64,000 bases of DNA from the IMG/VR virus record IMGVR_UViG_3300047564_005910, positions 1 to 64,000 of that record. The stretch is one strand, 5' to 3'. The notes under the pieces were generated by a model, which worked only from the letters and a program-made list of their open reading frames with translations, was not told the origin of the DNA and did not search any database. The position numbers and the translations under genes were made by a program. Source of the DNA: a virus. Below are positions 58,389 to 64,000 of the stretch, piece by piece; the stretch's first letter is position 1; each line of letters opens with the position of its first letter.

Positions 58389-60881
58389 TTAGTAACCTAA
58401 TACTGTTTTACGACGTTGAACACTAAATTCGGCACGTACAGGACGTGGACGGCGGCGATATACTGTTGTCGGCCAGTGTAACTTACCAACGTTTGATACC
58501 TGAATAACCGGTTCACTGTAAATTATTGTTGGCTGGTAGTTATAAGGTGCACGAGCAGTTGAACCTACGTGCATTTGGAATCCAGCAGAATAAGTTTGAC
58601 CGAAGTGATTGTATTGGGAAATACCAATACTTTGAGGTGGGTTTATTGTAATAACCTCATATGCACCAATGCCTCTTCTCATATCTAGAACAGGTACTAA
58701 TTCTTCATTAACTTTAGTATGTGCTATATGATTTACAACAGGGTATGTTGTTTTATCACCGAGAATTGTACGGATACGGTCGTTGTTTGTCGGGCCGCTA
58801 AATACAATTGCTAAGTTACGGTATATTTGAGATGTTCTAAGAACATTAGCAGGTATTTGACCTGTTGCGTATGTAATATTAGGTGCATTCTGAGAAGTAA
58901 GCGGTGCAGTACGTACATACGTACCTGTTGCTGGTAATGTACCAAGTGTGAATACGTTAAATGCTGGCAAGTATCTATTTGTTGTTTGTATTGCACTGCC
59001 GCTCATTGCAACTATTGGAGTTCTTACTGCAAATCTTGTAGGAGGTATAACAACTCTGGCGTTATACTTTGTCTTGTACTGAGATGTAAGACTTGGCATT
59101 TGACTTGCTACGAATGAACCTGAAGCCCATATAAAGATTGTACCTGAAAGAACACGATCACTGTGTATTGTTTGTGCAATATAATCAGTTACAAAGGTAA
59201 CGTTTTGTATATCAAGCGCTGTTAACGGTATACGGCCTGTTGCAGTTAGATCTGTAACAGATATGGTTGTTACAGGAGCTTTATCAATATATGTCTCGTA
59301 TTTACCGAATTTAGTACCTGTATTTACTATTTTGTAATTATCAGGTGTATTAATATTAAGACTAATAGCTGATAATATAACATTTTTAAACGACGATGTT
59401 GTAACGAAGTTAGTAGACGTTAGTCGACCTGTTTTTGTAAAATGCTCTAAACCAGGAGCTGATGTATAGACTACCCAGGTAGATAGTTCTGGGTGATACA
59501 TAGTCCAAGAACCGACCCGTCTAAAATCAACAGCTACAGGCTGTTTTGTAACAACTACTGTATTGACTGAAGGATCAAAGTTAAACATTTGCAGTGCTGA
59601 AACCGGTAGAGAAGATAATGTTCTCCAATGGGATAGGTACTTGTTAATAACTGTTGTATATGAACGACGGAAGTGCTTACTCTTTGCGTACGCTACATCA
59701 ACAGCGGACCAAGCAGAGGTTTTATCAGCAAAAGTGCGTGTTGGTACACCTTGTATTAAGCTCTGTCTTGATGTAGGTACTTTTGTTAAAAATGCACCGT
59801 GGTTACCTACAACGATATCAGCTGGGCCTCTATAAACACCAGCGTGACTTATTGGCATATGCCATCTGTATTTTGTACCCGTTAGTAGATCAAACATTGT
59901 TCTTATATCAGCGGTCTTAGGGTATGGCTTATAAGAATAAAATGCTGATAAGAATTGTTGAGCTGTTTCTCCAGTTGGAAGTGTTTTATTGAAAATACCA
60001 CTGCTTGATAACACTTTATGCAGCTGTGTTAAGTAACCTTGTTTCGAATAACTTTCTTGATCCGGTTTTGTTTGTAAAAATGCATCAAGTTCATAAACAT
60101 CACTAGGAACTAATACCGTAGTTGGGTTAGCATACCCTACTAAGTTTGAGCTAACTGCGCCTACTGTGTTTGCGTATATATTGAACTTAGGCTTACTACC
60201 GTTTATGCGTTGACCGGATGACATTTGGGTCATACTGACATACGCTAAAAAGCTTTCTATCCATACGAATGATGTGACTAACGGATTAGTTGTATCTTGA
60301 CGTATAGTTTTATTACTGTACGGTGTTTGTAATTCAATAGCAACACCGGTTGTTGTTGTCCAGAATGTTAGTTTTGGTCTACTTAACTCAATGCCAGCAG
60401 GAGAAACGTACCATTCATTTATTGGTGTTAATTTTTTAGGAGATTCGTTTGAATATTTTGGGTAATGTATTACAACCGGTATTGGGTTACCTGATGGCGG
60501 TACAACATAAAACCAAAATGGTTGGTTGCGTGTGTTATCAATAAATGATTGACTTATGTATTGGGCACTTGCACCTAAAGTTAAGTTCGACCACGGTACA
60601 CATTTTCCATATGCTTCCTGAATATTATTAGGCTGTACGGTTTCAGGATACCCTGAAACTTGACGGTTTGCAGACGATAAATAGTAGCTTTTAGCAGTAG
60701 TAAAGCCATCATATGTTGGATCGAGTAAAAACCATGGATAACCGATGCCGGGTACACTAAATAATGCATCTGTGAACGGTCTGGTTGCGGAAAGTTTTGT
60801 TAATCTACCTTCTGTAAATAATGAGTTATACTCTTTAAGAGAATACTTCGAGGAACTTAATGTAGGTGCTGCTATTGCCAT
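58389..60881 (-). CDS. Thr/Ser/Pro-rich probable virion protein
   Basis: 830 aa; TAAATA upstream; beta-rich composition; no family recognised. Confidence 0.55.
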   Translation of the reverse strand: MAIAAPTLSSSKYSLKEYNSLFTEGRLTKLSATRPFTDALFSVPGIGYPWFLLDPTYDGFTTAKSYYLSSANRQVSGYPETVQPNNIQEAYGKCVPWSNLTLGASAQYISQSFIDNTRNQPFWFYVVPPSGNPIPVVIHYPKYSNESPKKLTPINEWYVSPAGIELSRPKLTFWTTTTGVAIELQTPYSNKTIRQDTTNPLVTSFVWIESFLAYVSMTQMSSGQRINGSKPKFNIYANTVGAVSSNLVGYANPTTVLVPSDVYELDAFLQTKPDQESYSKQGYLTQLHKVLSSSGIFNKTLPTGETAQQFLSAFYSYKPYPKTADIRTMFDLLTGTKYRWHMPISHAGVYRGPADIVVGNHGAFLTKVPTSRQSLIQGVPTRTFADKTSAWSAVDVAYAKSKHFRRSYTTVINKYLSHWRTLSSLPVSALQMFNFDPSVNTVVVTKQPVAVDFRRVGSWTMYHPELSTWVVYTSAPGLEHFTKTGRLTSTNFVTTSSFKNVILSAISLNINTPDNYKIVNTGTKFGKYETYIDKAPVTTISVTDLTATGRIPLTALDIQNVTFVTDYIAQTIHSDRVLSGTIFIWASGSFVASQMPSLTSQYKTKYNARVVIPPTRFAVRTPIVAMSGSAIQTTNRYLPAFNVFTLGTLPATGTYVRTAPLTSQNAPNITYATGQIPANVLRTSQIYRNLAIVFSGPTNNDRIRTILGDKTTYPVVNHIAHTKVNEELVPVLDMRRGIGAYEVITINPPQSIGISQYNHFGQTYSAGFQMHVGSTARAPYNYQPTIIYSEPVIQVSNVGKLHWPTTVYRRRPRPVRAEFSVQRRKTVLGY

Positions 60882-60910
60882 ATAATATATTTAATATTTT
60901 TTGTATTATT

Positions 60911-62668
60911 TTATATTGTATCTTGAAAGGTTTTTTCGGCTTTTTGAAACCTGTGCAGCTTAACTGCAGTTATGTCATTATAGTAAATTTCAGCTTCAAA
61001 TATATGTTTTACGTTAATTACAAACCATTGCCCGTAAAACTTATTTTGAAAATCGCCGTCTTCAACACCCTCTGTTCTATCAATACCTATAAAACGGCCC
61101 GGCTCTCTAAATGTTAAACCTAAGCACCGGAAGTTAATAGCAGCGTTTTGAAAAAGACCGGTGTATAGTAAGTTATGTAAACCAGATGATTGACGTATTA
61201 AAGCGCCTCCATCAGCCACATTGTCACCGTAGTTAGAAAAAATAGGATTCATATTGTTATGTTCTCTATCTTTATCAATAGTTATTAAAAATAAATCTTC
61301 CGCTGTACCGTTTTTATAAAGTTTATCGATGTATTTTTTTGACATAAAAGTACGAGCAGCTTTTACGCTATTATTTTGAAACTCTACTTTGTACAATCGT
61401 TGATTATAATCAAATGAATAGACTGGTCTATTAGCAAATTCACGTGTATTTGTATGAGCTGCAATATCTACAAAACGATAGTTAGTAATTTGATTATATT
61501 TTAAAGATTTAACGTCAACCTTATCACTTGTTGAGTTTTTAGAAAGAGGTGCTTTATGTAGTTTAGTTGGTGTGTTTTTATCCCCGGTATACCCTTGTAA
61601 GAAAAAGTGTTCTATTTGGTAATCCCCTGGGTCTTCGGCTCCGTTACCAGCCTTTTCAAAGAAATGAGATACCGGTCTTAGTGTTAGATAACCTTGATCT
61701 TTTTCGTTAGGGCCTTTTTCTTTAATTAAAAGACTAAAATCATTACTTGAACCTTCAGCTACTTGACTAATATGGCGCTCAAGAACGTATTGTAAACTTT
61801 CATAAGCTGAAACTTCTGTTGGGGTTGTGTAAAATATTTTAGCAGGTCCCTCCTCCCACTCTTCTCCTATATCTGCCGTAAAAGAATATGGCATATTTAA
61901 ATTTGCTTCTGGTGTAACTGTGCCTGCAACCGGCATAGTTTTAGTTTCGCTTAACGCTACATCGATAATTTCTTTCATTGCTCGACCCGTGTTTATTAAA
62001 CCTTGTTGTTCGTAGCCGGTAGATTTGTCACCTTCTATATTAGCTGAAGAAGATAAAGCTGTAGAATATTCTATAACTGTGTTTGAAAGTTTTTGAAAAA
62101 TATAATCCCAAAAATACAGCTTTAAACATTTAATAGTTGCTGATGCGGCATTTTGTGCACCGGGTGGTAGATCAACGTCCTCCATATCATATACCGAAAA
62201 TACATGGGATATTGTCCAGAATTTTTTATCTGAAATAACTAAATCAGGAACAGCTATTTGCCCGGTTATTGCGGAGTTTTGTGCTTGGGTATTTGGAACA
62301 ATTCTAATGCGAAGCCTGTCGTTTCCGTCATTTCGAAAGCTATAAAATTGACCAGTGCCAGAATTAAGACCCGTAGCAGCCGAACTTGATTGACCAGTAT
62401 CGCTATTTGTACTACCAGCCTCACCTTCAGGGTTAAACATAAACGTTAACGTACCACGAGTAACCCAGTCAGATAAAGTATCTTCTATTGTTAAGTTAAC
62501 AATAGCGTTAGGGTTAATAGTGTACCTATCTGTTAAAGAATTACCGTTTGTATTATCTAGGTATATTTCAACAAGGTGTTTAACTTGGTTATACTTTGTT
62601 TCGATTTCTTCATTATCTAGCAACGAACTAGTAGTAGATGTAGGGTTTAATGAAAGATTACTAGCCAT
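60911..62668 (-). CDS. baseplate hub protein (gp27/VgrG-like)
   Basis: NLTIEDTL...GTLTF; GLTFREPGRFI...GQWFVINVKHIF. Confidence 0.65.
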   Translation of the reverse strand: MASNLSLNPTSTTSSLLDNEEIETKYNQVKHLVEIYLDNTNGNSLTDRYTINPNAIVNLTIEDTLSDWVTRGTLTFMFNPEGEAGSTNSDTGQSSSAATGLNSGTGQFYSFRNDGNDRLRIRIVPNTQAQNSAITGQIAVPDLVISDKKFWTISHVFSVYDMEDVDLPPGAQNAASATIKCLKLYFWDYIFQKLSNTVIEYSTALSSSANIEGDKSTGYEQQGLINTGRAMKEIIDVALSETKTMPVAGTVTPEANLNMPYSFTADIGEEWEEGPAKIFYTTPTEVSAYESLQYVLERHISQVAEGSSNDFSLLIKEKGPNEKDQGYLTLRPVSHFFEKAGNGAEDPGDYQIEHFFLQGYTGDKNTPTKLHKAPLSKNSTSDKVDVKSLKYNQITNYRFVDIAAHTNTREFANRPVYSFDYNQRLYKVEFQNNSVKAARTFMSKKYIDKLYKNGTAEDLFLITIDKDREHNNMNPIFSNYGDNVADGGALIRQSSGLHNLLYTGLFQNAAINFRCLGLTFREPGRFIGIDRTEGVEDGDFQNKFYGQWFVINVKHIFEAEIYYNDITAVKLHRFQKAEKTFQDTI

Positions 62669-62671
62669 GAC

Positions 62672-63025
62672 TTAGTATTTTGATGTTTGAGTTAATATAC
62701 TTTGAACAACTTCAAATATAGGTACGTCTAAATTTGTACCCGGTTCGAGAAGAGGGATGGGGTTATCGATTTTGTTAAATGTAGTTATTACCCACCACAA
62801 GTTCGGGGTATTATATACTTTATACGATATAAACGGGTAGGTATCACCTATTTTTGTAGTATAGGTATAGTAAAAATTTTTAGGTAATCTGTCAGGAAAC
62901 TTTACTGACTGTAATATATTGTAGTAGTAACGATTGTTTTCATCTACGTTAACTGAAAAAATATTTTCGTAATTTTCAGTGCGTAGACGAGGTAAATCTT
63001 TAATTTGATTTTGTTTGCTAATCAT
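62672..63025 (-). CDS. LysM-like baseplate wedge protein (gp53-like)
   Basis: GDTYPFISYKVYNTPNLWWVITTFNKIDNP. Confidence 0.8.
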   Translation of the reverse strand: MISKQNQIKDLPRLRTENYENIFSVNVDENNRYYYNILQSVKFPDRLPKNFYYTYTTKIGDTYPFISYKVYNTPNLWWVITTFNKIDNPIPLLEPGTNLDVPIFEVVQSILTQTSKY

Positions 63026-64000
63026 GAGTTATCTCCGACAATTATATCTATTACATCCCGTGCCCCTTCAGATAAAGAATCTCCGACCGTGTCAGTTGTT
63101 TCTGATCGAGTTGATTGGGATACTTTTCCTACTACGGTTTGTTCATTTATTGTTTGAAAAAGATTTTTACTAGGCATAACCATATCTGTTAAGGTTATAT
63201 TAACTTCATAGACGTCAGGAACGTTACATTTATTACCTGCAGAATCAGTTAATAATCTAACATTGCCGCGGTTATTAACCGTTATATTTGTTACGCATGA
63301 TGCGTAGCTATAGTGTTGTCCTGGTACAGTAACTTCGTAGTAAACGGGTGGTATACCGGTAATAAAATCTCTCTTATTAAAAAGATTTTGATTAATAAAA
63401 AGAAAGCATAGCTCTCGGTTTACTTCCCAGTCTTCTGTATAATATTTTGTAGTATTTTGTTTTGTATTAAAGAGAGGAAATTTAATTGTGTAAGATCTAA
63501 AATCGTGACTCTCCCATAATTTAGGTCGATCCATAATACCTACTTTCGGGTAACCTAACGAGAGCCCTGCTAGTATAGCACCACCAGCAAATTCTTTAGC
63601 TTTATCAACAAATTTTGCAGCTCCTTTTCCCATAACTGTACCTGCAAATCCTTCAACAGCGTTACCGGCGGCTTCTAAAGTATCGAGGGACTTCCATTGC
63701 GGGGTGTTTAACTCGAAATTTATGTCAGTAAAAAACGGCATTCTGTAAACAAACCCTGTTTCTTGATCTCTCGGAAAAAGCTCAGCGTAAGGAGCTAATC
63801 TATCCCCACCACCAACAAAATTAGCAGCTCCTGCAGTATAAAAAAACAACTGCCGCTTTATTGCGCTTTCATTTACAGCATATTCCTTTAAAACAATATA
63901 CGGTGCACGCTCTCTTGCTTTATAACTATAAGTCCAAGGAAACTGGCCATGCACATCAATATAAGCAGAACCACCTGCTGGTACAAACTCATTAGCTAAC
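63022..64000 (-). CDS. baseplate tail-tube initiator (gp48/gp54-like), 5' truncated
   Basis: RSYTIKFPLFNT...PPVYYEV...VTNITVN...PDVYEVNITL; frame is open to the window end. Confidence 0.6.
   Translation of the reverse strand, partial: LANEFVPAGGSAYIDVHGQFPWTYSYKARERAPYIVLKEYAVNESAIKRQLFFYTAGAANFVGGGDRLAPYAELFPRDQETGFVYRMPFFTDINFELNTPQWKSLDTLEAAGNAVEGFAGTVMGKGAAKFVDKAKEFAGGAILAGLSLGYPKVGIMDRPKLWESHDFRSYTIKFPLFNTKQNTTKYYTEDWEVNRELCFLFINQNLFNKRDFITGIPPVYYEVTVPGQHYSYASCVTNITVNNRGNVRLLTDSAGNKCNVPDVYEVNITLTDMVMPSKNLFQTINEQTVVGKVSQSTRSETTDTVGDSLSEGARDVIDIIVGDNS

Noticed and set aside
15042-61117. Many 60-120 aa ORFs nested in or antisense to large genes
   Set aside because: Shadow frames without promoter or start context or plausible composition

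Overview
AT-rich 64-kb fragment of a large T4-like (myovirus) dsDNA phage, probably infecting a Gram-negative host (lipoprotein spanin candidate; Shine-Dalgarno sequences are rare). Left arm (1-14.8 kb): small accessory and putative head-packaged proteins, a 16-tRNA array (2726-5876) interleaved with several structured non-coding RNAs, a DUF932-like early gene, a four-gene lysis cassette, RNase H/5'-3' exonuclease and a gp14-like neck protein. Centre (15.7-53.4 kb, - strand): very large virion fibre/baseplate proteins (beta-helix, NHL/RCC1 propellers, LamG, YHYH, PA14, PKD) ending in gp6 and gp25. Right: class II RNR, gp16-like small terminase, dUTPase, clamp loader and baseplate hub/gp53/gp48-like genes. 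The most interesting signals lie in the tRNA array. (i) A 24-codon leader ORF whose residues cover 13 of the 14 amino acids served by the array is followed by mutually exclusive hairpins: a candidate attenuator that senses tRNA depletion and switches on the phage tRNAs. (ii) A ~185-nt RNase P-like RNA retains P2/P4/CR-IV/CR-V-like elements but has no S-domain. (iii) A tRNA-mimic RNA sits inside a switchable long-range helix. (iv) There is an A34 tRNA-Ser(ACU). All calls were made by eye from motifs; no searches or folding programs were run.
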